Positions 12,761 to 25,385 of a DNA stretch of 64,000 nucleotides are shown one piece after another. The notes under the pieces are model-generated. The model was not told the DNA's origin. It did no database searches and worked only from the letters and a program-made list of their open reading frames with translations. The DNA is from Vicugna vicugna (taxonomy: Eukaryota). Within the stretch, counting starts at the first letter, position 1. Every line of letters begins with the position of its first letter. The stretch is from positions 2,451,576 to 2,515,575 of the forward strand of contig MU057887.1 in NCBI GenBank assembly GCA_013265495.1, written 5' to 3'. The position numbers were made by a program, and so were the translations under genes.

Positions 12761-15369
12761 TGGCTGGCTGACGGGGAGCCGGGAGCAGCAGGGCCGGTAG
12801 GCGCGGCTCGCGTTCTAACTCCTTGGTCCTCAGGGCATCGTCTCGGCTGCCACCAGCCCCACCTTCAAGGTGGGAAAACCGGTGCAGGTACCAGAGAAGT
12901 TTCCAGGTCCCCACCGCTGGTGAGGGGCGCAGCTGGGACTTGAACGCAAACTCCGACTGCTGCCCTCCGGACGCCTCCCAGCGGCAGGCCACCCCTGCCG
13001 ACCCTGCCCCCTCTCCCTGCCCCCACTCCCCACCGCCCCACCCAGGGAGAAGCACTCTTCTGCCGTCTTCCCTCTCCGGGCGCTTGCTCCGGGCATCCCC
13101 GGAGAACTAGGGCGCCCAGCAGGTCCTGTTCCCTCTCTGGGTTTTAATTGCATGAGAGGAGGAGACAAATCTGGGTAAACTGTTATCAGCAAACTGACCG
13201 TGACTTCCAACTGCAGAGCTTCGGGTCAGGAGTGTCGGTGGGCAAGCTTTAGCCCTGGGGCCAGCTGCTTTGGTCCTCAGGCTGAGGACAGCCAGTGCTG
13301 GGGACGGCCACGCCCACCCGCCCTGCAGGGCAGCGCTGGCTGTGGCCACGGGACCCCCTCTGGACGCTCTGTGAGGTGGGGGTGGGGGGCTGAAGTCCAC
13401 ACCCGCCAGCTCAGCTCTGCATCCGGAAGGCTCCAAGATGGGCCACAGACGGGCCACAGACGGGCCCTGCTGAGCAACCCCACCCGCCTCCCTGTCCCCT
13501 CGGGGGCTCAGGGACCGTCCAAGGAGCCTGAGGGTAAGAAGGAGAACCACAGCCCTCTCGGCTGCCAGAGCCTTTCCGGTTACTGGGTTTCCAGGGAAAA
13601 TTTTAAATCCAAGTCAAAACCTCTTTTCCCTTGCAAACTAAAGCCCAGAGAAGTGAAGACCCGCCCCAGCTCCCTCCGGGTTCTAACTCCGCTCAGCGGA
13701 GCTTGCTGGGGCTGGGATGTGGTCCCTCCGTAGGAGCCGGGTCAGGGCCGCATCCTCCTGGGACCCGCAGGCGCGGCCCTCATGGCACCTGGAGGTTCAG
13801 TGTCCCCAGCCCGGCAGGTCGGTAGGACGCAGGGCAGCGGAGGACCCCAGAGCCCAGCCCTGGACCGGCCAGGGCCCCTGCTGCCTGTGGACCTGGGCTT
13901 GCCTGGTCAGGCTGGCTGAGCCCAGCAGGGCCTCCACCCCAGGGGCCCAGGAGGGCGCTGCTGGCTGCTCTTCTGAGGCGCCTTGGGCCCTCCAGGTCTG
14001 TGGCCACCCTGGCCTCGGGTCACGACACTACCTCACCACTGCTGTCCCCTCCCTCCAGAGGGGCTGTGCCCTCCCTCACTGCCCCTCCCCTGTTGGCTTC
14101 CTCCCCTGAGCTGGCCCCCACATGGACTTGGATTTGAAGATGCTGACCTACCCTTAGGTCAACTCCAGCCTGTTTTCACCGGGAGGTGGGTCCCAGCGCC
14201 CTCCCCCTCACCTTCCTCCCCTCTTCCTCCTCCATCCATCCCTGCTTGGATCCCAAACTCAGTACACATGCAACACATGCACGGCGGTGGGGAAGCATGC
14301 GCGGGGACCAGAGGGAGAGCTGAGTCTTTCTCCCCGTGAGAGCAGGGACTTCCACCGCCCAGAGGTGCTGGAAAGCCTCCCCACCTGACCCCGCCCCACT
14401 TCTCCGGGGAGCGGGGGACAGAGCAGAGCGTGGCCACTTGCCGGAGCCCTCGCTCCCACTGGTCTCCCCTGGCCAGGCGGCCTGGGCCTTGCCCCTCAGT
14501 GGAGCACGATCTGCCCCGGGAAGGAGACCGCCTTTCAAGGCGCTTCCTTCATCAAGGAAAAGTAGTGGCCAGGCACACGGCCCAGCCCCACCCCGTGTCT
14601 AAGCTGGCTGTCCTCCTGGCCACACCGTTTCCGTTTCCCGGGGGCGGGAGGGGTGCGCTCCGTCCGCGGGTCACACTGCGAACCCAGCACACACGCCCCT
14701 CCCCTCTCAGGGGTCTTAAGTGGGCCTCGCTGGGGCTCGGAGGAGACAATTCCAGAGGCTAAACTGCAAAGCTGTTTGAGACCGCAGGCCCGGCAGCTGC
14801 CAAGGGCTTTCCTGGGCACCTCCCGGCCCCCGGCCCGTCCGTGACAGGGGGGCTCGGACTAACACTCACTGCACCCATCTGCTGAGAGGCCCCCGGGCAC
14901 CCAGCAGATGGGCTCAGCCTGTGCCGTCACTGCCGGCCGCATGGCTCCCGCCCCAAGAGGCAGCTCGCTCTGTGGTTAACAGCGCTTGTCAGAACGTCTG
15001 GCCTTTAATGCAGCCAAAAATCTGCGTCCCTGTCAGCCCTGCCAGTGGGTCCCCTGCTGCCGTGGGGCTGAGGGGGAAGACGTCTCTCCCCGGAGGGGCC
15101 CTGAGAGGCCCGCGAGCTCTCCACTCAGCAGCCCGCACCTTTCAGCCGACCGCCTGTCTCTGCAGCGCGCGGCCCTGGCACTCAGCCCTGGGGGCCTCCC
15201 TCCAGCCAGGGTCCTCGGGAAGGGACGGTGACACCTGTGCGGACAGCAGACGGCCCGCTCTTCCCCTGCTGCTGGGCTGGGGTCCGGGCTGGGGAGCCCG
15301 AGCCAGCATGGTGGGACCCGCACCGCACGCACGTCGGCCAGGCTCTCCCCCTCCCCCCCCCACTAGTGG

Positions 15370-15760
15370 TTGATTTTTGTCTTTCCTGACCAGCGAGCAG
15401 GGCTGCACGCTGAACCTTGCTCAGTCCCATCGCGTTCACTTCAGTCCATTGTTCTGTTTGTCAAGAGGCTTTTTGTGCCCAGAGTATTTCTTCCGCCACA
15501 TCAGCCACCCCTCTGAGCTCTGATCTGCAAATGTGACAAGCAGGCCCCGTACGCCGTTATCCCAGTCATTGACACAAACGCTGGCCAGGGCCGGGGTGAG
15601 GACGGGCGCGCCACCGGGGGCCTCCCTGCCCCTTGACATCGATCCATTAATCAATGCGCTCGGGCGCCGTCTCTCAGCAGCCCTGCTGCTACCTGTCTCC
15701 CGGCCCACGCGACAGACTGGGGACTTCGCAGACTCTCCCTGCTGCCTGTCTGCCAGCGTC
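15370..15760 (-). mobile_element. L3/CR1 LINE reverse-transcriptase remnant
   Basis: Minus-strand translation ALINGSMSRGREAPGGAPVLTPALASVCVNDWDNGVRGLLVTFADQ resembles CR1 RT ([42 protein letters not shown]). After a frameshift, NAMGLSKVQRAALLAG resembles NKMKFNRDKCKVLHLG. Confidence 0.85.
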
Positions 15761-16154
15761 CACCAAGGTCCCAGGTGCCACTGGTGTGCCTGCCTACGAT
15801 GCACCTCACGAACACCACGGTGGCCTCTGTCCGTCGTGGTCACTCCCGTGGCCGATGGTACTCCCTCCTCCCCGTGTCCTCCTGGAAGTTTTAAAGCCCC
15901 AGCCCACGCCCTTCCCTTCCCAGGAGCCCTCTGATGCGACCCAGGCGTGGCCTCCCTGGGCTGTCCTTGGCTCACCCGTGCTCCCAGAAGCCCCCTTGCT
16001 CGAGGCTGGAGTACCCGCTGTGTGGTGCACACAGCGTTTGGGTAGGGCTTGCCCCACCTCATCTCTGACTCCCCGCCCCATGTCCGGGGAGGCCCTGGTG
16101 GTCATTCAGCCACATCAGTGGATCAAATAAGCAAGCCTTCACACTCTCACTGGG

Positions 16155-16476
16155 CAGGACTCAGTAGACTGTGACTTACGGGGCCAAGAGCAGGCAGCTG
16201 CCTGGGTTTGTGTGGTCTGTGAGTTCTTGGTGCTTTTTTCTTTTAAGGATTTTAAAAGATTGGACAAAATTATGAGGGATAATATTTCATGATCCAGGGC
16301 AATGATATGAAATGCAAATTTCAGATCCAGAACCAGAGTCCTCCTGGAGGGCGGCCACACCGGCTCCGTGAGCTGCCATCACAGTGTAGCAGGTGGGCAG
16401 TGGGGGCAGTGGCCCCACGGCCACAGGGCTGAAACGTGCTCGCCGGCCCTTTACAGAAGACATTTCTGACCCTTGT
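16155..16476 (+). mobile_element. MER58B-like hAT-Charlie non-autonomous DNA transposon
   Basis: ATAATATTTCATGA..ATGATATGAAATGCAAATTTCAG internal block and terminal GGCCCTTTACAGAAGACATTTCTGACCCTTG; 5' end CAGGACTCAGTAGACTGTGACTTACGGGGCCAA. Confidence 0.8.
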
Positions 16477-19166
16477 CGGAGGGAAACGGGCCCTGAGCAG
16501 GGCAGCACGGACATCCATGGACTAAGTGCATTTATTTGTTCGAGGAGTCGTGATTTGTAGCCAGCCCACGCTGGATGAGGAGCTACGTGCAGGCAATTCG
16601 AGAAAATCACACTTCGTTCGGGGAAAGTGACAAACATTAAAACGCAAAATAATTCCATATTATAAAAAAGTGACATAAATCACAGGGCCAGAGAATGTTG
16701 TGGTGCAAAGGGGTAGGGTGTCTAGAGAAGACCCTGGACAAGGGAGCTTCCCTGCAGGACCAGAGGGCTGCTTGGAGGAGGGAGCAGGGGAGGTCCTGCC
16801 AGAGGCGGGAGCAGCCTGTAGGTGCAGGGGGAGCCAGGCTGGGGGTGGGGAGGCCCCGCAGGGTAAAGAGCTGGGCTTCGCGCCAACATGGTGAGAAACC
16901 ATCGGGGTGGGGGGCGCAAACAGGGAAGCCACGTGCCCTGATACACATTCTGAGAAGTAAGGGGCCGACACAGAAATAAGTACCAAGGACAGTGCACATG
17001 ACACGCAGGCGGGTTTGTCCCAAGCAAACGCCTGTATCTCAGAGCGGGCTCTGCAATGCTCAGACCTGGGGACCAAAAGCCATGCTCTTCCACACACACA
17101 GATCATTGGCTGTCTCGCTGATGCGCACCCCCTCCGATCCTTCCTGCCCCACCCGCCACCTTCCACCGGGCAGAGGGCTCCGCGCCGGCCGGCACCAGAG
17201 CTCGGGGCGGACAGAGACCAAGCACCCCTTACAGCGGAGGGTCAGCTCTAGGAGGGAGGGGGCACACGCCTCCTGGGACAGCAGGGTGGCCGCACGCGTG
17301 GAGGTCAGGACACAGTATCCCTGCCTGGGGCAGTGCCCCAGGAGGTGACAAAGGAGGGGTTGCAACTCTGGAGGTCTCGCAGGTTAGGGACGGTAGCTCC
17401 CAGGATGGGCAGAAATGCACACGCCGCCCCTCTGGGGACAGAAGCACGCCTTCCTGGCTCTTTCCGGTCCTGGCTGAGCTTAGGACGGTAGGAAGCCCTG
17501 AGGGCTGACTGGGGCAGGTGGGCACGGTGGCCTGCCTTGGGTGGCCACCAGCCCTGACTCCTCCGTGACCAGCGAGTCCTATGGGGGGCAGCTGCACCTC
17601 CTCCAAATGAGAGGCCTGGACCAGCCGCAGGGATGTTGGCCTCGTGCCAGGCCATCCCAGAGGTTGCTTCCTGTCTCCCCTCCCACACGGTCTTCTGCGT
17701 GGTTCAAGGACGTCAGCACACGTCTGTGCTCAGGCCTGGGCCAGGGGCCAGGGACAGATAAGCCACAGGCACATAAAGCAAAGAGATCGCAGGGTGGGGA
17801 ATGACCGCTGCTCAGAGCAGAGCAAGACCCACTGTGGGAAGGGATCCCCATGCAGTGCCACCTCCTCGGGCCCCCCACTGGTGATGACCAAGACTGTCCA
17901 CACTGTGCTCAGCAGATCCTTCCCGGGGACAGTGGTAGCAACAGCTCCGGGCAGGGAGAGCTGCATGCCAGGTCGTACCTCCCCACCGTCCCACGAGGAC
18001 AAGGAGCATTTCTCTTTCCTTTGTGGAGCCCTCTCTAGTGTCTCAAAACAGAGCAGGCACTCCAGAAGGAGTATGGCATGGATACACTGATGATGGGAAG
18101 AGCTGGGAGGAGACTCAGCATCATGCCTGTGGTGCCTGCTTCCACGGCCACTGCCACTGCTCCACTTGGAACCTGACCTGCTTCAGGAGACTCACAACAG
18201 ACACTACATATTCCGCTTTCAGATCACACCATTGGAGACCCTAACGTTCACAGCCTGTGTTCTCCATGTTTCTAATGTTCTGTTCCACTCCCCCCATCAC
18301 AGTGTCTTTGCTTGTCAAGCTGGCTGATTGGTGCCTGTTTTACTGCCAATGACACAGAATCTTGTCCAGCACTGGGACTCCCTGCCTTGTTAGACCCTCA
18401 GCGGAGAATACAGCACCCCACAGTCACCTCTAACATCTCAGCACAGCTCCCAGATCTGGCCAGTTATCTGCCCTGCCCTCCCCAAGCACGGGGTCTTGTA
18501 TGTCCAGCTGCACAAGCTCCTCTCTGTGGGCTGGCCCGCGCCACGCCAGGCTCATCCAGTACACAGTGTTCGTACAGCTTCTCTTTTCAACTGACAAGGA
18601 TCTTTCAAACTGCGGGCACCTTTTGCCCTTTCTTTCTGCCCAAGGTGCCAGGCCATTATTAACTGGTCTTTCTACATCTTCCTTTACAGCAACTCAGACT
18701 GAGGTGTCACTGTAACCTCATTCCTGGATGATCCAAACTCCTTCCAAATCAGCCCACTCCCAAATTCCCTCTGCTCTTATAGATCCTGCATTTGGCTTCT
18801 GAGTTAATCCACCCAAGGCAAAACCTCCATGTTCACTCTCTTTCAGGAGAACCAGAGAGATAATGAGCAAACGCAGGGTAAGAAACAAGAGCTCCAGGGA
18901 AGCACTCTGGACAACGGGGCACCAACCTCTGGAAACCCACTCTTCTGTGAAAGCGATGAGAATAAGGGGAAAATTTGTCGAAATCAACATTTTCAGAACT
19001 CTGTACGTTAAGCAAAGCCTTGCAACAGTGCAAGAAACGTCTTTTCAGGAAAAATGGCTGCATCTCAGTAAAAACAGTAAACTTGGGGCTTTTTGACTTT
19101 CACTAGTCCCATCTCTCTCCCCCAGCTCTGTGGAAGCTTTAAAAACCAACAGCCCTGCAATCGTGG

Positions 19167-19726
19167 TGCGTTAGTCCAAGTGCTCCAGAGAAGCACTGCC
19201 AACAGTACCGACAGGACACACACACACGTACATACGTCCTATTCTATGTTCTCTCTATATAAATATAGAAAACTATATTTACTGTGAGAAATTGGCTCAC
19301 AGTTTTATGGAGACTAAGTCCCAAGATCTGCAGTTGGCAAGCTGAGCTCAGGAGAACCGAGGATGTAGTTCTAGCCCGAGCACGAAGGCCTGAGACCCAG
19401 GAGAACATATGGTGTACATTACAGTGAGAGCCAGCAGGCTTGTGTCCCCAGAGGAGCCAGCTTTGCCGTTCAACATCAAAAGCAGGAGAACACCGACATT
19501 CCAACTCAACCAGACAGGTGGGAGGCATTGCTTCTTACTCAGCCTTTTTGTTCTGTGCAGGCCTTCAACTGACCCACACTAGGGAGGGAAATCTGCTTCA
19601 TCAGTCTAACTATTTGAATGTTAATCTTATCCAGAAACACCCTCACAGACACACTCAGAATAATGCTTGATTAAATGTTCAGGCACCCCATGGCTCAGTC
19701 AAGTTGACATAAAATTGCCCATCACA
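19167..19726 (-). mobile_element. MLT2 (ERVL) solo LTR inserted in the L1 5' UTR
   Basis: TG...CA termini; CCAGAAACACCCTCACAGACACACTCAGAATAATG and GTCAAGTTGACATAAAATTGCCCATCACA; 5-bp TSD CGTGG (19162-19166) / CATGG (19727-19731). Confidence 0.92.
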
Positions 19727-20531
19727 CATGGTGAAGGTCTGTAGCCGCAGAAACAGAGTTGGTGTGAGAAGTGGCAGCCTGACGGCCGTTAGCAGGGGCA
19801 GAATTAGTCCGGAGCCCCACTAAAAGCTCCAAAGCTAGAGAGCTATCACTGTTTGACCTACAGTTAACCGGAAACAACCATTCAAAGAGATTGTCTTTAT
19901 TTGACATGACTGAGAACCTACTCTGCGCAGAGAAGATGTGCAGCAATGGTGTTTGTCAAAAACAATCAGCAGCAATTGCTTCACATGGTAGCTGCCCGAG
20001 GCAGCAACACCGATGTAAGGCGATGGAAACAGACTAAAAATCTTAAAAGGAAAATTGGTGGCACAAAATCCCTGCAGGGGGCTTTGAAAACCTTTGAAAT
20101 ATTCCCAGGGATCTAGGAGTCAGGTAGGGCTGTTCATATGCCCAGGAAAGACTTGAGAGGGACCCGATCTCTCACCTTGAGGTTCTGTGAAAACAGGACT
20201 TGAAGGCCGAGGCAGAGCTGTGCACTGCCCGTTAAAGAACTGAAAATGCAGCCCGAAGACACGTGGAGCCTCTCGGCAAAGCTTGGGGGACACACTGATG
20301 AAGGTATTAAAGGAAATCTGTGCCCAATTCTCAGACGACAGCTGAACTAATCAAGGAGAGACTTTAGTCACCATACACAACAAAGAATACAGACTTTACA
20401 GAAATATTTTGGGAAAGTAACTAACAAACAGCAGAAACAACAAGCATGGGGGGCAAGGAACAATCTGATTTCCAGAGTTGTGACAATATATTATTTAAAA
20501 TTTACAATTTTCAGAAGAAAATTATGAGATA

Positions 20532-21168
20532 GCCCAAAAATCTACATATTATGAGATATACATATTATATATTCTTGTATATATTACATAAGGTATATAT
20601 TCTTATGTGCACATATATGCATATACAATTACATTATACTCAATACTATTCAGCCATAAGAATTTAGGAAATCCTACCACTTGGAACAACATGGATGGAC
20701 CTTGAAGCCATTTCACATTATACTAAGTGAAATAAGTCAGACAGAGAAGGACAAATACTGTATGATTTCACTTGTGTGTGTTAAAAAAAAAAGTTGGAAC
20801 AAGAGATCAGACTTGTAGTTACGAGAGGTGGATAGTGGGTGAGGGGAAATTGGAGGAAGATGGTCAAAAGGCACAACCTTCCAGTTATAAGATAAATAAG
20901 CACTGGGGATGTGACGTGCAGCACGCTGCCCATGGCTGCACTGCTGTGTGACGTACAGGAATGTTAAGAGAGTAAATCCTGTAAGTTCTCACCACAAGGA
21001 GAATTTCTCTCCTTTTTTTCTTTCTTTTCTTTTTATTGAATTTATATAAAGTGGATGTTAGCAACCTACTGTGGTAACTGTTGCACAATATATGTAAATC
21101 AAACCATCATGCTGTGTGTCCTAAAGTTATACCATGATATGGCAATTATTTCTCAAGAAAACTAAAAA
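20532..21168 (+). mobile_element. younger 5'-truncated L1 (L1MA/L1_Art-like 3' end) nested in the L1MB element
   Basis: CAACATGGATGGACCTTGAAG..CTAAGTGAAATAAGTCAGACAGAGAAGGACAAATACTG and 3' UTR TATGTAAATCAAACCATCATGCTGT..TTATTTCTCAAGAAAACT. The host resumes at TGAGATACACAAAGAAACAGGAA. Confidence 0.85.
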
Positions 21169-24028
21169 CATTTTTTTTGAGATACACAAAGAAACAGGAA
21201 TGTATGTGTAAAGGTGAAGTGGGGATGCAGTCAATAGAAATTCTCTCTAAGGAGGCAGACACTAGGCTTACTAGACAGACTTTAAACCAGCTGTCATACA
21301 TAAAACAGACACAGATATCACAAGGAAATGACAGACCAATCTTCCTTATGAATATCCTCCGTGTAATGCGCCATCTCAGTAGGAAAAAAAACATGATATT
21401 TCAGCACACAAAGAAAAAACATTTGACAAATTCTAACACACTTTCATGATAAAAAAAATTCAAGAATCTAGGAATAGAAGCAATTCCTCACCTTGATAAA
21501 AGACATATACAAAAATCTCACAGCTGACATCATGCTGGATGGTGAAACACTGCTCACAGTCAGGAATCAGGGAGTGAAGCTGTTCTCACCACTTCTATTG
21601 GACATTTTACTGGAGGGCTAGTCAGGGAAATTAGGCAAGAAAAAGCAATAAAAAGCATCCAAATTGGAATGGAAGAAGTAAAACCATGTCTATTAGCAGA
21701 AACATGATTATGCATATTGAAAACCCTAAGGAACCCTCACACACACACACAACCGTTAAAACTAATACATAAGTTCAGCAAAATTGCAGGGCACACGATC
21801 AACATACAAAATCAATTGTATTTCTATAAACTTGCAAGAAACAATAAAAACAAAAATTTAAAAACAAGTCCATTTACAGTAGCATGAAAAAGATTAAATA
21901 TACTCAACAAAGGACGTGCATGACTAATCCACTGAAAACCACAAAACATTACTGGAAAAAATTAAGGAAGGTCTAAATAAGAGGAAAATATCCCATATTC
22001 ATGGATCATAAGATAAGACTTTTAAGATGATACCATTCCCCAAAATGATCTACAGATTTAACATAATTCCTATCAAAATCCCCCAACTTTTTTGGTAGGA
22101 AATTCCAAGCTAACCCTAAAGCTCACATGGATATGTGACAGGCCCAGGATAGTCAAAACAATCTCGAAATAGAAGAACAAAGGTAAAGTACTTGCATTTT
22201 TTAGATTCAAAACTTACACTAAAGCTACAGTAATCAATGTAGTGTAGTATTAGCTTAAGGTTAGAAATGTAGATAAAGGGAACAGAATTTAGGGTCCAAA
22301 CATAAACCTTTGCAACTATGGTCACTGATTTTTGACAAAAGTGCCAAGGCCACCCACAGGGGAGAAACAGTCATTTCAATAAACAGTGCTGGAACAAGGG
22401 TTCACATGTGAAACAATGACGGTGGACTCCCTACCTCACACCACACACAAAAAGTTAACTCATTATTGACCCTGGATCATGAATCTTCCAAGTAAGATTA
22501 TTAGCTCCTCCTAGAGACAAGACCACCCTGCTCTGAAGCAGAAAACATCACAGTAACACTTTGTGATCTTGGTTTAGGCAACTGTTTCTTAGCTATCACA
22601 TCACATTGGACTTCATCAACGTTCAAAGCTTTCGTGGTTCAAAAGTAAGTTAAAGGCAACCTACGGAATGGGAGAAAATATTTGAAAACCATATAACAGA
22701 TAAAATTCTGGCATTCAAAATATATAAACAACCTTTGCAACTGGACAATAAAAATAAAAATATATTGATTGAAAGGTCGGCAAAGAATTTGAGCAGACAT
22801 TTCTCCACAGAAGATACACAAATGACAGGGACGCACGTGAAAATGTGCTCAACATGGTCAGTTATCAGAGATGTGCAAATCCACACCACAGCGAGACACC
22901 ACTTCACACCTGCTGGGGCTAACGTGGTTTTAAAAAGCCAGACAGTAGCAAGTGTTGGCAAGGATGCGGAGAAATTGTAATTCTTGTATATTGCTAGGGA
23001 GATTTTAAAACAGCAAAATCACTCTAAGAAAGAGTTTGGCTATTTCTCAAACTATCTCAAAATGTTAAACACAGCATTACCAAGGGACTCAGCAATGCCA
23101 AACTTTGGTAAATATTCAAAAGAAACGAAAGCCCGTGTTCACACAGAAACTCGGGCATGAGTGTTCCTAGCAGCATTATTCCTAACAGCCAAAATGTGGG
23201 AAACGGCCAAGTGTATATCAGTCAGCTAAAGGACAAATAAAACACACACATGCATGACCCGTCCTTCTCAGACATGAGAAAGGAACGAACTATTTACACA
23301 GGCTTCAACATGTGTGAACCTTGAACACGTTACGATCATTGAAAGAAGCCAGTCGCCAGAAATGACATTGTGTGATCCTGCTTACGTGGAATGTCGAGAA
23401 CAGGTACATCCACAGAGACAGGAAGTGGGTTGTGGTTCCCGGGAGCTGCAGGAGGGGGCAGGTGACGGCCACGGGCACAGGCACAGAATCTCTTTTCGAG
23501 GTGATGGACGTCCTTCCTAATGACCTAATGGTGATCACACACAGCTCTGTGAATAGACTAAAACCCACCGAACTGTACACATCAAAAGAGATTTTTATGA
23601 GATGTGAATTATAACTGAATTACATTACAAATTACATTACATAAATTACATTATAAAATGAAATTAGACCTTCAGCATGCTGTAAACTACACAAATAAGT
23701 TTGTGCTGTGGGGAAACTTGAAAGAAAATGTTACTTTATCAGTGAGGCTGTCCAAGATCACCCACTTCGTTTTTCTTTGAGGTACCCACCGTCCTTGACA
23801 CACCATCTACAGTGAAATTCAATCACATGAGAAATCCAATCACCTAGTGGTGTGAACTGCAGGGTCACAGCTCTGTGAGGTGAATGGACGACTGCTGAGT
23901 CCATACAGAGGATCATCTTGGTATCTGGGAGTCCAGTTGCACAATTTGCATCCTCCTCAGGCCCCGCCCCAGTTTGGGGTCACCTGGTGGCACCTGTCAA
24001 TATTGATGGAGGCGATTCTGGTCCCTTT

Positions 24029-24510
24029 TGTGTGTTTTTAGGGCTCTCCAGAGAAACAGAATCAACAGGACACGTATGTGTATGATTTATTATAAGAAAC
24101 TGGCTCCCACGGGCATGCGAGGTGGGATGCTGTTAGATCGTCACGGTGTGTAAGCAGGATGGGCACCCGGGGCGGCTGCTGGTGTCGTCCAGTCTGAGTC
24201 CAAAGGCCTGAGAACCAGGAGAGACAGTGGTGTAGCTCTAAGTCTGAAGGTGGGACAAAAGCTGGTGTCCAAGTTTGAAGGCCACCGGCAGAAAGAATTC
24301 CTTTGGGGGAGGGCCAGCCTTTTTTGTCCTCTTCAGTGGGTTGGATGAGGCCTGCTCATGTTAGGGAGAGCCATCCGTTTCACTCAGTCCACGGGTTCAG
24401 GTGTGAATCTCATCCAGAATCACCCTCACAGAAACGCCTGGAGTCATTCTGGCCTGACGCCTGGGCACCCCGTGGCGCAGACAAGTTGACAGATGCCACT
24501 AACCATCTCG
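24029..24510 (-). mobile_element. MLT2 (ERVL) LTR, second copy
   Basis: AGGGCTCTCCAGAGAAACAGAATCAACAGGA, CAGTCTGAGTCCAAAGGCCTGAGAACCAGGAG, GGGCACCCCGTGGCGCAGACAAGTTGACA..TAACCATC. Confidence 0.9.
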
Positions 24511-25269
24511 CGTGGTCACCCAGCTCTCCCGGCCCGCAGGCCACAGTCTTGGGAACATGCTGACTAGCTGGCAGGTGTCCCAGCCGCTCAAACCAGGGGG
24601 CTCAGACCCAGAGAAGCCCCTGCTCCCCATCCTGGGTGGGGTCGCCATCTGCCTCCCCCGGCTGGTCTGTTTCCCCCTGTTTCTGGAAGCTGGAAGACTC
24701 GGTCCCTTTGCACTTGGGAATGGATGCTGGGGAGGAGGTGAGCGCTAATTTCTGCTCCCGTTCTGTGGGTCCCTGTGATGAGTGGACTTGCTGTTGTAGA
24801 GTTTTATACATTCCCGTCCCTTTCCTTTTTTTTTTTTAATAATTTCTCCCAGCATCTAAGTTCTAGGGAGAAACAGTGATGACTTTTTTTCCCCCACGAT
24901 TATGTTTCCTCTGCCTGGAGGAGGGCGTGGTCCAAGTTGATGTTTAATAATATTTTGAGTAAATAAAAATAAACCGAATTACACAAGGATAAGTTAACCA
25001 TGAATGAAATAAACCCGTTAGTGCCCGTTGAGCTTTGTCCTCCATGTGATCGATGCCCACATGTCCTTCCTGCCCCACCGCCCCCATCGGAGCCCAACTC
25101 CACAGGCCGGGGAGCCGCTGTCAGTCCTGGGGCCCGTTCTCCACTCCTGTTTCTGGAATCCAAGAGTGTGAGCTGGCGGGGTGCCCCCGCCGCCGACTCA
25201 GCGACCCCATCGCCCCCGGCATGTCAAGAGCTTGCCAGGTGCACCCTCCCTGGGGAATATTTAAAGTTA

Positions 25270-25385
25270 GCACTCACGTTGTTTTTCCTGTGTCTGTGTA
25301 CCTGGTCCATTTTTGTGTTCTCCGATTTATACACCATGGATGTGCGTTATTTTGTATTTAGGAAACAAGCACTATTTTTTAAATC
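25270..25385 (+). mobile_element. old L1M extreme 3' end remnant
   Basis: TTTTTGTGTTCTCCGATTTATACACCATGGATGTGCGTTATTTTGTATTTAGGAAA resembles the L1ME terminus. Confidence 0.45.

Larger units (their letters stand above)
18898..23657 (+). mobile_element. L1MB-like LINE with 5' UTR, internally deleted ORF1/ORF2, RT region and 3' UTR; hosts two younger insertions
   Basis: 5' UTR (AAAGCGATGAGAA..GAAATCAACATTTTCAGAACTCTG), RT region 21310-21730 (ATTAGGCAAGAAAAAGCAATAAAAAGCATCCAAATTGGAATGGAAGAAGTAAAAC), ORF2 C-term ORF 22735-22980, and 3' UTR to ~23657. Degenerate TSD 18880-18897 / 23658-23675. Confidence 0.88.

Noticed and set aside
23740..23850. Minus-strand peptide DWISHVIEFHCRWCVKD..EKR faintly like PNMA/Gypsy gag
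   Set aside because: Very short, interrupted by a stop/frameshift, with no supporting flanking homology.
19162..24515. The two same-orientation MLT2 LTRs as one provirus (CGTGG precedes the first and follows the second)
   Set aside because: The first LTR has its own TSD, the L1 5' UTR continues across it, the interior is L1 rather than ERVL, and the two LTRs differ in structure. The 5-mer match is most likely coincidence.
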